Positions 1 through 12,243 of a stretch of 64,000 nt of DNA are shown here, piece by piece. The DNA lies in assembly GCA_030704615.1 (NCBI GenBank), contig CM060732.1, positions 73,780,001-73,844,000 on the forward strand, in the 5' to 3' direction. Numbering within the stretch: the first letter of the stretch is position 1; every line of letters starts with the position of its first letter. Both the position numbers and the translations under genes were made by a program. A model generated the notes under the pieces. The model made no database searches, was not told where the DNA came from, and saw nothing but the letters and a program-made list of their open reading frames with translations. The stretch comes from Takakia lepidozioides (taxonomy: Eukaryota; Plantae; Bryophyta).

Positions 1-621
1 GAATGACTCAAATAGCTTACACACCACTCTGTGGGTAATCATTCCAATGACCTACTGAGAGACGTCATCCACTCACATAACCACTCTGTGAGTGATATTG
101 TATATTCTCAATTTTCATGGAATGACTCTATGAGTCATTTTGTGGTCACTCAACAAGTGGTTTCGGAAGTCATTGAATTTTTCACTCCATCCATTTCGTA
201 GCACTGACACACGACACGTGTCCATGTTGAGAGTTTCGCCACATGTCGACATAATCTCCAATATCATCCACGGACCACCGGCTTACACGTCTCCACTACA
301 AAACGGAAGTTGTTACTTTACCACTATGACACATCAGTTTACCACTGTGACACGTCATAAGTGGTTGGTTTACCTCAGTGACACGTCATTGACATGTCAC
401 AGTGGTTAATTTACCACCGTGACACGTCAGCTAACAGGTGGACCCGGACGTGAGTGGTTCGAACCACTGTCCTTAACCACCAGTGCCACGTAATGTCTTT
501 TACCACTCACTTGTCCTAATGCACTGGTTCTTCATCACTCTGAGGCCAGAGTGGTTTAGTGTCTTTTACCACTCAAAATGAGTGGTTAACAGAGTGGTTA
601 TTCCACGTTTTTCTTCTAGTG
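1..621. mobile_element. One end of a CACTA (En/Spm) DNA transposon; the element runs off the window start
   Basis: Ends ...CCACGTTTTTCTTCTAGTG at 621 (reverse complement CACTAGAAGAAAAACGTGG). It is preceded by dense subterminal ACCACT/AGTGGT and GTGACACGT repeats in both orientations. Confidence 0.8.
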
Positions 622-775
622 TCAACAGCAACAGCCCTTAGATCTAAAAAGTATTGCCAAAGAGACTCACCCTCCTTGTATGGCCGGGTGTAGTCTGAGC
701 CCCAGTAACGGTCACTTCTCCAAGTTCGAGACAAGACAGTGCTCGGCGGCCAATGCCCGATGGAGTAAAAAATGT

Positions 776-1954
776 TCAGTTTACGAATCGAGCGGAGAGC
801 GAATTGCTCGTTAGGAAGAATAACAAGATCTCCTTGAAGAGCCTTCTCACTATATGACCCATGAGAGAATCAACAAGGTCACGGGTAGTAGGTGTACACA
901 CCGCAAGACTCCCAAATCTTAACAATCGTAACAAAATCGCACCAATGCCATTGGTGAACAAAGCGAAATGCCAGGGATCCACAAAATCGCAGGACACCAG
1001 TGGAATGTCAAGGGACTGAACGGAGATTTGTTCGCAAAGCCCAAACTGCCTGAATTCCAGGGCACTGTAAGACAAAAATCGACTTTTGAGTTCGGGGATA
1101 GGCACCTTGAATTGTCTCCTCAAAGCTAGCTCTTTTTCAATCACACTATGGACTTCCCTCACCAGTAAAGCAGGATCGCTGATCCAGGCAGAGACTCTCT
1201 CCCGTTCAGTAGCTGATAAACGCGAGACGTCCACAAAAAATCCAGATTCAAATTTATCAATCCACACCAAGTCGTCACTGCTCAATTCGAGCTGGTCATT
1301 GTCAAACACAAGAGAGTCCTGGATTTGTGAGTTAACATCAGGCAGCCCCTCAAGATCGTAAGCAGGCTCAACATAGCCCAAACCGTAATTAGCTCTGTCA
1401 GGGTCACCGCTTGGCAAAGAGCCCGAACTCACTGAGCCACGAGCCGAATACAAAGCTCTTTCTTCAAATGCCGCTTCTGCCTTAGCATACGCCGAGTAGT
1501 TAGAGCCCGAGGAGGTAGGTCTTTCAATGTCAGCAATAGGAACCCCTGGAATCAACAATGGAACACGTGCGGCAGGAGCTGCAGGCACTTCCGAAACTGG
1601 ATGACCATCCACCACTTGCAAACTGGGAGCAAATATAGGAACACCTAAAACTAACTGGCTAGAACCCACCACGTCAGAGTTTGCAACCTCCACTCTCAGT
1701 TCTATCTTAACCAAAATCGAGCCGCCGTCCTCTGTCTCGCTTGACAAGCTACAAAGAACTGCAGACGCCATTGCAACACACAACGAACAAGCAAGACAAA
1801 CAAATGCAAGTGCACAACGCGAAGAGTGAAGCTGCCGCCGCCATCGCAACTTCCTCTTGAACCAAAAACTTCTTCCAAAACCAGATTGAACCCGAGGTAA
1901 CCGCACAAAATCAATGTACGTGCGGAGCCGCCACCACCCACAAGACTCCACCAT
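776..1954 (-). CDS. Uninterrupted 392-aa ORF of unknown function, probably TE-associated
   Basis: Longest open frame in the repeat zone. No motif recognised, no introns, flanked by TE sequence. Confidence 0.3.
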   Translation of the reverse strand: MVESCGWWRLRTYIDFVRLPRVQSGFGRSFWFKRKLRWRRQLHSSRCALAFVCLACSLCVAMASAVLCSLSSETEDGGSILVKIELRVEVANSDVVGSSQLVLGVPIFAPSLQVVDGHPVSEVPAAPAARVPLLIPGVPIADIERPTSSGSNYSAYAKAEAAFEERALYSARGSVSSGSLPSGDPDRANYGLGYVEPAYDLEGLPDVNSQIQDSLVFDNDQLELSSDDLVWIDKFESGFFVDVSRLSATERERVSAWISDPALLVREVHSVIEKELALRRQFKVPIPELKSRFLSYSALEFRQFGLCEQISVQSLDIPLVSCDFVDPWHFALFTNGIGAILLRLLRFGSLAVCTPTTRDLVDSLMGHIVRRLFKEILLFFLTSNSLSARFVN

Positions 1955-2866
1955 ATTTTGTGCTTGAATGAGATTCTCCCATCCTCACAAGTGCACGTTA
2001 AACTAGGGATGTAAGAGCTCAGAAGGAGCGGGCTTTATGTAGATGATCCCACTTACAACATATGCAGAGCTAACACACACACATTCAAAGCTCACAGAGC
2101 ACGTCCAGAAGCCCGTACACCAGGTTGTACATACGAGAAGAAGGGCCCTGACTCAAGGTTAGGAACAAGCTTATACCCAAAACCTAGGATGAGGCAATAC
2201 CCCCACGGGGCAGCATGCCACGGGTTGCCTAGATTACAAACAGATCTGGCCTGTAGACCAATGAAGGGGCCAGATGCAGCCACAAAACTCTAGGATCACC
2301 TCAAACAAGTATAGGTCAGGCTGTATATAACGGTCTCCCGCAATAAATACTAATGGCATGGGATGAACCTGTCAGACAGTGATGAATAGGCTGAAAGTCA
2401 GGCCAGGAGAACATGAGCCATCACAGGCCGCCATAAGGCAAAGACTCACGAGATTCCAGGATCCAGGATACTCCAAAATTATACATTTTTAAAAGAAAAG
2501 AGAATATACATTCCCTAAACAAGTGAATGCATATTTAGGTGTATATATTTTAATAATAGGGGAAACACCCGAATTAAATAAGCTAGAAATGGAAACAAGG
2601 AAAAAAGAACCTCGGAGGAGCCATAAAGATACCATCCTGTAACAACATGACAAATCTAGAGAGAATGGAGAGAAGACCAAACCAAAAGAAAGCGCCAACA
2701 TAGGCCAAGGGAAGACCCGGGACATGAGAAGACAAGCCAAAAGGAGGTTGGGTAATGTGTGAGCACACTTTGAGCATGCTCATGGAGCAAACTAGAATAT
2801 TGTATCGATTCTTGAAATAACCTGAGAATATGCTACAACAAAAGGAATATAGTACGTGACAAAATT

Positions 2867-2988
2867 GCGAAACTACTTCAAAATTTGTGCTCATGCAAAA
2901 CTACCTTTTTATTTTCGTTTATTTTTTGGTTGTTTCGGCAACAAAACTCGTTGTGCTTGCCTGAGCACAAATTTTGAAGTAGTTTCGC
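2867..2988. repeat. Small foldback / MITE-like inverted repeat
   Basis: GCGAAACTACTTCAAAATTTGTGCTCA (2867-2893) is the exact reverse complement of 2962-2988. Confidence 0.7.
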
Positions 2989-4168
2989 TAGTGAAATATT
3001 GTAATTTATAATATTGGAATACTAAAATTATTTGTTTTGCTATTAAATATATGTGTTTTACATAGGGTTTTAGCTATAATATATTCATAGACCATGTAAC
3101 TAACCTTGTTAACATAGTAGTAGCTTATGTCCACCTATCACTCGTATTTCCATTTGCAAACTTATTATCACTACCATAACCGTGGATCGTGCTCACGCTT
3201 GGTTTTTTTCCTGGTCACGCTGTGCTCACGAATACCAACCCCCAGCCAAAAGGAGCTTCGAACTGAAAGGAAGAGAGAACATGGAAGGAGAATAAGCTAT
3301 TTAGACGGACCAAAATCTAGATGAGCTTTAATTTTGATATAACTTAATAATATTATATCAGTTGTATATCAGGTAGTTGGTAGGATCGTACTTAAGACTG
3401 TACATTCCACATCATTAGTTAAAATAGTTCAAATTTTAAATTATTTAAAAATTGATATGTGGTAGTCGCAAGTGCCACAGTCACTGTTTAAAATGACTAC
3501 GTATTCTACGTAATCAATATATTAAGTTTGGTAGTTTGTTTTGTTTTGTTTTGTTGTTGAGATCTTCCAAACTGCAAGGCCTCCGCTCGGGGTCTTCGTA
3601 CCGCTAGAAAGCCCTCCGATGAGTAGGGGTGCATTGAGGTGGTTTCGTACTTTTTGGACCTGCGGTGTGGAAGAAATAATGAATTTCAAGTTTTTTTGTC
3701 ACTGGAAATTCATGAATTTGAGTTTTTCTAGCGTATAAAACGACAGTACACTGTGTGGTCAATAGCACACGCCACACTAGTTATGTAATGAAAATTCACA
3801 ACCAAGTTGTAGTTAGTGGTAATGTGCACATATCACCTCCAAATAGCAGGAAGCGTTGATTGAGAGAAATTGGACGATGTATTGAACCACGTCATGTTTT
3901 CAGGATGAACCAAAATAATTTTTACAATGCAGCCACAAATACCAATCACATACGTGAACCAAACATGGCACAATGACGAAATTATACCATGACATGAAGA
4001 CAAAGAGTATGCGAAGACATCGATGATAAATATTCATGTTTTATTTGAGAAGGATGTCAATTCAATAAGTATCGCCAGGTGGCATGGACCAATACAAGCA
4101 ACCTCTAAAGTTTTCAGCGAAATCTTCAATGAAATAGCGTCATGGTTTATGGTACTACTATACTTTAA

Positions 4169-5185
4169 CCTCTAAAGGACGAAGTGACCCAAACTGGGTC
4201 GGTTAGGTTTAGAAAAGTGTCTGGTTATCACTAGGGTTAAGCCTGATTTGGGCATGTTTAGGCTCACTGGATAGGTATTCGCATCAGCTATGAGGTTGCA
4301 TTTCCCAATTCGTCATTGGGCCTGGCCCAGCCACGTGGAACACCTAGAGTCTGCCACACTCGTGGTTTTCAGCCCCATTTTGGGCAGCTAACCTGCCCTC
4401 CATCCTACGTGTCAACTAGGGTCAGGTTAGGGAGAAATTCCAAACCCCCCCCCCCCCCCCCCCCACTTGCGCAGGGTGGCACGTCTCCCAACACCCTTTA
4501 TTGCACCCCCCATTGGCAGGCAAAGGCAAAGGCACCCCCCCAAAACCCACATACCTTAGGGCTACCGACCAAAAAATATAGGCAAAAATAGGTGCACATG
4601 GAGAAATCATGGGCAGGGGAAAACAAAATCATATTAAGGGAAGCTCTGATTGACGCAAAAGTTTTTTTTTATGCTTACACACATCTGCCCACTACAGTAC
4701 AACCGGAGCGATTGACGATTCAACGGTTCAGATCTTTCACCGAATTTTCTAATAAGGTTTTGTGCTTGCCCCTTTGAAATCGGGAAATTTGACCCCCCCA
4801 AATTGGCCATACAAAGCAGCCCACATGAGAGCATGTCAGGAAAAGCTGAAATTTTCAGGGCAGATGTCTTACCTGGCAGGGTACAAGATTATGGTTTGTG
4901 TCATGTTAAAACAATTCACAGCTGGGAATTCGATAAGAAAATCTGTGTTTTTTACCCCATTGTAAATAGAAAATTTGTTTTTGGCCCAACTTTCAACATT
5001 ATAATCTTTCAATCCGGTAGTCCGATTTGGACCAGACTTTTTGTTGTCATAGCTGGGGTAGGTAGGAACATATTCCAATGGTCAGTTTTACAGGACCTGA
5101 GGAAATCTCAAGATATAAATTATTTAGCGGGAAAGGATCATTTTTTGGGGGGTGGACCCAAAAATTGGGGTTAGTCCTCTAGGGA
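4169..5185. mobile_element. Non-autonomous TIR element with TTAA target duplication, piggyBac-like
   Basis: TTAA at 4165-4168 and 5186-5189. Left end CCTCTAAAGGACGAA vs reverse complement of right end TCCCTAGAGGACTAA match at 11/15, and both are followed by CCCAA..TGGGTC. No coding capacity recognised. Confidence 0.55.
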
Positions 5186-5469
5186 TTAAGCATGGTATGG
5201 ATGTTTACTTTTCATTTGTATATTATCTTCTTGAATCATCTGTTTATGTCATACATCTATCAATTTATTAATAACTTCACTCAATCGATCTTATATTTAT
5301 AATTTTCTGATGCAAAGTACGTCATTCGACTTATAATTCGATGTTACATGAATAGGATTGTGCAACTTCACAAGTTAAATGACTCAATACTCCACGATAT
5401 TATTATTAATACCTGAATTTAATTTTAATTATGTGGTATATTAAGTTTGGTCTGGAATTAAGCCAAAAG

Positions 5470-5910
5470 TCCGGAAAATCGATCAAAGTCTATATAATAG
5501 GAGACTCTGCTCCACCTGTTGGTCATACGGTGATGCGCAAAAAATTATGAAAAGATCGTTTGCATACATGGAAAGGCCTATTGGGATACTGTATGAAAGA
5601 TTACGGACAACTTCATTTCCAAATTTAGAATAATCGAATATGCCTAGTAACGCCAACAAATGTCTTCACTCGAGCTTTTATGTATCACCATATTAAGCCT
5701 GACAGACACTTGTCTGGAACGTTCGTTGGCTGTCTATTGTCCATGTTGAGAATAGAGAAATTTTATGTTTCTACTGCATTCGTGCAAAAACCATTGTCGA
5801 TACAGAAGTGCGAGGCTTTATGACACACTATGTTGCTACCTGACAATATCAGTTTCAAGGATGTGTTACAAACTAATTTTGAGCAAGAACAATATAGATA
5901 CTTTCGTAGA
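5470..5910 (+). pseudogene. Decayed Replitron-type HUH transposase fragment
   Basis: One frame from 5470 with three stops reads KSIKVYIIGDSAPPVGHTVMRKKL*KDRLHTWKGLLGYCMKDYGQLHFQI*NNRICLVTPTNVFTRAF...LLSMLRIEKFY...QYRYF. LHTxxGxxGYCxKD(x)GxxHF is the Tyr-containing motif I recall from plant/algal Replitrons. Confidence 0.7.
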
Positions 5911-6229
5911 TGTTTTTAGTATACAGGTAAAGCTATAGATATAGATGTGGATTTCAGTAACATGACTGTGTAGGAGTTGCAGATGCAGTTAGATCACACG
6001 CTCAGTATTTGCTAATACATAGTTGTCCAGTAAAGCCTGATGTGTACATTTCGTAAGTAATATTTCATGCGTTTTATGTGGGTTTTTGTGTCCATGCAGA
6101 CCATCAAGAAATTAATTAATTATCATAAGTAGAATGAGTGAATATAGTGATAGAATAGAATAAAAGAAATGTTATCTACCAAGTCTATGGGGTATACTAA
6201 TTTAAAGATGTTTTTCTTGTCTGTTTATT

Positions 6230-6661
6230 GTTCAGAGGTAGGCTTCCCACCTTGAATTTAATTTTCAGTCTAGTGCCGAGAGTGGGTCCACAGATGGATC
6301 ACAACAAAAGGGATGGGATACAAATCCTTCTCGCCGGTCTTTCCTATGTGGTCAATTATTTGGTTTGCATGGCTGAGAGGCGGATCATTCCTACTACATT
6401 ATCTTTCTAACAATAGGGCTCAAATTCGTCCTCATGAACCTTTGCTCGTAAACTCTTACATCCCGGGCCTTTAGGTTTGTGTCAAAAAATGGGCTCCTTG
6501 GGAAGATTTTGGGTTCGGCAAGAAGATCGGTGATATCTAGGACCACAACTTGTTGGATTTGCTTGCTCTCCGAAACAGGGTTGGGTTTCACAAATTTGCT
6601 TGTTCTTAGCAGCTCATCCTAGACGGCATCCCCACAATTATATTGGCAAACTGGGTAACTT
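6230..6661 (+). mobile_element. LINE ORF2 C-terminal fragment, upstream part of a copy split by the CACTA at 6678
   Basis: Degenerate translations WSIIWFAWL and KKWAPWEDFGFGKKIGDI parallel FWGIWKAWL and KWAAKWASYGVAHVKHIW of the LINE at 58.9-59.7 kb. Confidence 0.55.
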
Positions 6662-6677
6662 TAGTCATGAGTCACAA

Positions 6678-9600
6678 CACTACAACAGATGAGCGTTTTT
6701 ATGACTGCACATATGACTATTTTTTTAGTCCTATATGCGTCCATGACTACATCACTCTGCAGTGAAAAAAGCCCTATCATAGCGACTAGTCTTTAGGACT
6801 GCGTTTTGCAAGTCATAGCCGTAACTGCGTGCGTGGCACCTGGAGTCATGCTGCAGAGAGCGATGTAGTCACAACTATATGATTTATATATGATTAACTA
6901 TATGACTACATGTCTCCAAAGTATATGACTCCATTGGAGAGGCGTCAGAGGGACACATGTAGCACTCCAGATGTGACACGTGTCCACATGGACAACATAT
7001 ATGACCTACACGTGGGAAAGAATATCGTAATATATAATGTCACGATGCCATGATGTAGTCATGAGTATATAACTTCATGACTAAAGAGGTTTTTTAATAA
7101 TAATTTAATTTAATAAATTAAATCATACAATTATAATATTTCGATTATTAAGTGATTTAAATTCTCATTAGGTTTCTAGGAAAATAGAATGGAAGCCATT
7201 GTTGTATTTATTTATTTATTTTTATTTTTGTTAACAAAGAGGGACAGTGGGGGGACAGTGGCCTCCAGAACATTATAGGTAATGGACATAAAATGTCCTT
7301 GGATACAAAGAGGAAAAAATAACCTTTGAAAGAGTGCCATAGAGGCTGAAAGAGGAAGACACAGCTTCGCGTACCAAGACAAGAAAGAGTAGTAAGAAGG
7401 AAAGCAAGTAAAAAAGGGGGTCTGCATAGAGCTAAAGAGTCTAGTAGAAAAAGAGACTGCAGCCAGAAACTACTGCCATAACTTGGAAACAGAAAGGCAC
7501 CGAGCTGAGGATAAGAACTGAAAATCAGCTAACACTGTCATAAGAAAGCTGGGCCCTAGCCTTTCACTTCCTAAAAGATCTACAGATGGAGAGACATCAT
7601 TGCAGGGGTCGTGCTCTTCAGCTCAAAACCAACGAATTAATCATCTACCCATGCAGGTTTCTTGTAGCTATCCTTCCACAGGGAATCATAGGTAATCTGG
7701 AGATTGAAATCCGGCCCTCTTGGATGAATCTGGACCTACACTCTATCCCTGCTCCTTCATCTATCCTTGCCTCTACACAAATCATGCATACATCATTGTC
7801 TTGTTGCTAGTAGCTGATAATGACAGCCTATAAGTATTCCAGCAAACACCCCAACCCTAATTCCTATGCTGATTTGCATCTGCTTCCGACAGGAATTCAC
7901 CTTTTTGCCTGGATTGTTCCACCATTGACTGGGGTCGGAAACATATTCATTCCAGAGCTTCTCCTCGTCTCTGTTAACTGTTTTTCGATACTTTCATGTC
8001 TCCAAAACCTCCATCCCGCGCCCTTGCTGTGCACATCCTGCAAGCATCGCGTTCCACGACACCACATCTTGTTCAGCCATAGTGTTGAAGGCTCTCTCCG
8101 CATCCTCAATGCTCCCACATTTGGCATACATGTCCACGAGGTATTGTTCAAAATCACACATGGTACAATTCCAGCTTTGGTGATGCAACCATGCACCTCT
8201 TTGCCCTTTTCCCGGGCTGCCAGGCTTGCACACGCACTGCAAACACACACTAAAATGATGTGGTCGAGCTTCACCCCTTTCCCCATCATTTGCTCATAGG
8301 TATCCAAAGCCTCCATCCTGTTGTACATACCCTGCAAGCATCGCACTCCACGACACCACATCTCGTTTAGCCATAGTGTTGAACACTCCCTTGACATTGG
8401 CATATATGTCCAGAACTAGGGGATGTTCATAATGACATCTGGTTATAAAATTATAGGGTTGCCAGCCTTCATACACAGGCTGATCATGCTGACCCTCCCA
8501 AGTCCCTTGTAAACGACCAAGAGGTCCATGCCCCAATGGTGACATCATCACATTTTAAGCTGGAATTGCTCCAAGAGTCATACTGAACAGTATTCTATTT
8601 TTCCCCCGCCTCCTTGCCCCCTGCCTTCCCCATCCTGCAACTGAAAGAGGCTCTACAGACTTCAACCAGCTAGGCATAATTTCAGCATATTCAAATACCT
8701 AAGTCCCTTGTCTTAAGCGTAAGAGCATCAAGCTGAAAGGCCTGCAAACTGAAAATCAGATGCATATGCTCACATTATATTAAGTGGATTGAAGGCATTA
8801 AATGCTTTTCTACACAACACCCTTGTCAACATGTATGTTAAGTGTGGTAGCTCGTGGATGCACTTGGAGTTTCCTTGGAGCGTACACATGTTGGTCACAT
8901 ATGGATTGAAGAAAAGAAAAATTGTAGGCGCCTAGGAGTTTGCGCCTAGGTAGTTTTCAAGATGGAGATAGCATATACCAATTTTACTTCTACTCTTACA
9001 CATGCTACAATGGAGGATGGGTTCCACCCGCTTGTGGTGTAATCAGCCTTCGTCCAGATGACACACATACTGTGGAAGCTGCAAACATGTACGCTTGCCA
9101 ACTTCCACTACATTGAGGATTGTTCACCAGTTAGACAGCCTTTTTCTCAGATGAAATGTAAGATAGATACCAGTCAGCGCATAATTAAGTTTAAATTTCA
9201 GTCTAGTGATGAGGGCAGGTAGGCCATTGAGATAGTCCTTAAGGTCCTTGTCCATGTCACATATTCAAAACAAGTTTAGGGAGGTTTAATGCCTAACTGT
9301 ATTTCCACTGGACAGTGTGAGGGCATTAGAGGAGGAGAGAGAGAGAGAGAGAGAGAGACACTCACCGGGGAAGGTGGTCATCACGGTACTCCAAGACACC
9401 ATATCTTGTTCAGCCATGTTGTTGAACACTCCCTTTGCATCCTTGCTACACCTACATTTGGCATACATATTGTCCACCAGGGGAGTGTTCAGAATGACAT
9501 CTGGTACATTTGCAGCTTTGACGATGCAACCATGGACCTTTTGCCCTTTTCCAGGGCTGCCAGGCTTGCACACGCATTGCAAACACACACACACACGTTA

Positions 9601-12243
9601 TGTGGTCGGGCTTCAGTACCCCGTCCCTCATAATTTGCTCATAGGTCTCCAAAGCCTCCATCCCACGCCCCTGCTGTTCATACCCTGCAAACATCGCACT
9701 CCATGACACCACATCTCGTTTAGCCATAGTCCCTTTGTATCCTCGATGCACCCACATTGACATACATGTCCACCAAGGCAAGGGCAGTGTTCAAAATGAC
9801 ATCTGGTAATCTGACAGGCATTCACATTTTTGCCTCGGTTGTCCCACCATTGACTGGGGTCAGAAAAGTATTCATTCCACATCTTCTCCTCATCTCTGTT
9901 ACCTCTTTTGGATACTTTCCTGTTGTCACATCGGCAGTATCATGTCAAAGTCACTCCAAACTATTCCAAGTTCACTCAACCAACTAACTTGCAGAATTCA
10001 ACATGAAAATTTAGGGCCGATTCTGATAAGAGGGAAAAACAGGGTGAAATGTGTTGAAAAAATGTGCCTTTATTAGCAGACCATTTTCTCGTTAGCAGAT
10101 TTCTTGTAGCTATTGATCCACAGGGAATCAGAACTAATCTTGTGTTTGAAATCCGGCCCTCTTGGATGAACCTGGACCTCTATCCCTGGTCCTTCAGCTA
10201 TCCCTGACTGTGTACAAATCATGAATACTTGCTGCTAGCAGCTGACACTGACGGCATAAAGTTCTTCCAGCAAACCCCAACCCTAATTATTACAATAGTT
10301 TTAATTCTAAATTGCATCTACTTCTCTCTAGTGTAGTCCAACATGCACTCACCTTTTTGTCTCCATTGTCCCGCCATTGATTGGGGTCGGAAAAATGTTC
10401 ATTCCAAAGCTTCTCCTCATCTCTGTTATTTGTTTTTGGATACTTTCATGTTGCCACATCGGCAGCAACTTATCAAAGTCACTCTAAACAACCACAGATC
10501 CACCCACCGAGCTAACTTACAAAATTCAATATGCATCTCAGGGCCGAGTCTGATGGGAGGGCAAAACAGGCTGAAATAGGTCGAAGAAGAAGGTATCCTC
10601 ACCACATTGTCCTTTACCTTGTGTCATGACCCATGGAGGATTTGACCGACCATCAACCCAAAATGACATCTTGTGTGTGCTGCTTGTATCTGTAGTAAGG
10701 TAATGTCGGATTGGTATGTGAGATCGAACCACCACGGTGCAGCTGAGCAGGCAGAGATTGAAACATGGTCTGCTAAGACCAAGCTGACTCTCCCAAGAAT
10801 GGCGAGCTCGCAAGAATGTTGGGATCTTCTCCACGCCCGAAATCCGCTTGAAATTGTTTGAAGAAACCTTAATTCAATGCGGTTCGAAAAATGCCTAGGG
10901 GCACAGTGCAGTTTCTACAGCCCACACATATTTGAAGCAGTCAAAACAGTACCAGTCTAGCCAGCAGCGTCGCCTCGGGGACGCTTGTGAGCGCAGGCAC
11001 ATGTGGAGGATGTCCCACGTACGATATGCATTATACGCGCTGCCATGGCTGCTCATCCTCGAAATCCTACAGCCCGCGCTGCTGCTGGCGGTTTGAAGCA
11101 GGACCCTTCGCATGAGCGTCTCTCTCTCTCTCTCTCTGGCTGGTTGGCAGGGTACCATCGTCTCCTCTCCTCCTCCTCTTCTCCTTTCTGCATCATTTGC
11201 TCAAAAGTAGGATGGTCTGCAAAGCCTCCATCCCATGCCCCTGCATACATGACACAACATCAAATGGGTAGTTGCAGCGAAGAGTGGACCAAAAAGTTGA
11301 AGATGTGACCTACATAAAAGTCCATAAGATAAAAAAAATAAAAATCGTGAAAATTAGCCAAAAAATGGATTCACTTGCACTGTATCATGTGGAACGTCTA
11401 TTGTTGGGATACTGTCATTTCAAATGGGAAAAAGAAAGATGTTATGGAGGATATATGCCGCCATGTGCCATCGGTGACGTAATCCAAACTTGACCATAAT
11501 CACAAAAGTACATGTTTTTGAAAATTTGACCTTGCCCCATCCTTCATCTACAATAAATGGTTGTATTTAATGAAGACAATTCGTGGGGTATTTTGGTTTT
11601 CATAGTAAAGGACTTTATGAAAATGGGTATTATTGGTAGGTTGATAAAGTACATAAATTTTAGTTTAATGAGTAAAAATGTTTAAAAACTCTCACATTAG
11701 ATCTATTATCATAAGAGCAAGGGAGGGCATATCTAATATCAAATCGACACACCGTATAGGCGGAGGGATGAACCCATCCATTGGATGAATTCATTAATGT
11801 ATGTGCCTTTTAAATGACACGTGTAATGATGTAGTCATATATATAGAGTTATGAAACAATTTGCAGCAAGGGACTCATAAGTTTACATGCCATGTCATCG
11901 ATGGATAAACTCATCCAATGGATGAATACATTCGTGTATGTGCTTTCAAAATGACACGTGTAGGGATGTAGTCATATAAATAGAGCTAGTCACAAGATTC
12001 TATGAAACATCGTCCACGTGTAGTCAAACATATCACACTAGTCATAAAACCATCCCTGTCATCATGGTCAACAATGTTTGACCTATGCTTCCTAACTTTC
12101 CGGAGTCATGTAGTGATATCCATTACTACAAAGTGGTAAAACTATGACTGCAACGCATTTCAGCGCTCTGTTTTCGTACACCTAGTGCCGTTTTTATGAC
12201 TCCGTCAAATCCGTAGTCCTAAAAACGCTCATCTCTTGTAGTG
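6678..12243. mobile_element. Non-autonomous Pack-CACTA element A (5566 bp) carrying captured gene fragments
   Basis: TIRs CACTACAACAGATGAGCGTTTTTATGAC (6678) and GTCCTAAAAACGCTCATCTCTTGTAGTG (ends 12243) match at 26/28. ATGACT/AGTCAT subterminal repeats at both ends. No transposase; the interior is PPR/PDF fragments. Confidence 0.9.
7640..11250 (-). pseudogene. Scrambled captured fragments of PLS-class PPR genes and OSB-type PDF-motif exons
   Basis: PPR: LVDMYAKCGSIEDAERAFNTMAEQDVVSWNAMLAGCAQQG (7994-8248; similar at 9286-9781). PDF: EEKLWNEYVSDPSQWWNNPGKK | GT-AG intron 7730-7900 | IHPRGPDF..ITYDSLW.DSYKKPAWV. Further PDF exon copies near 9825-9900 and 10350-10430. An opposite-strand PPR piece lies at ~8640-8870. 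Many frameshifts and stops. Confidence 0.85.

Noticed and set aside
3540-3740. DNA-transposon subterminal-like segment (GAAAGCCCTCCGATGAGTAGGGGTGCA)
   Set aside because: It looks like a repeat, but no termini or TSD could be defined.
7820-11308. Functional PPR gene
   Set aside because: Fragments are frameshifted, out of order, on both strands and enclosed by CACTA TIRs. No E/DYW domain was seen.
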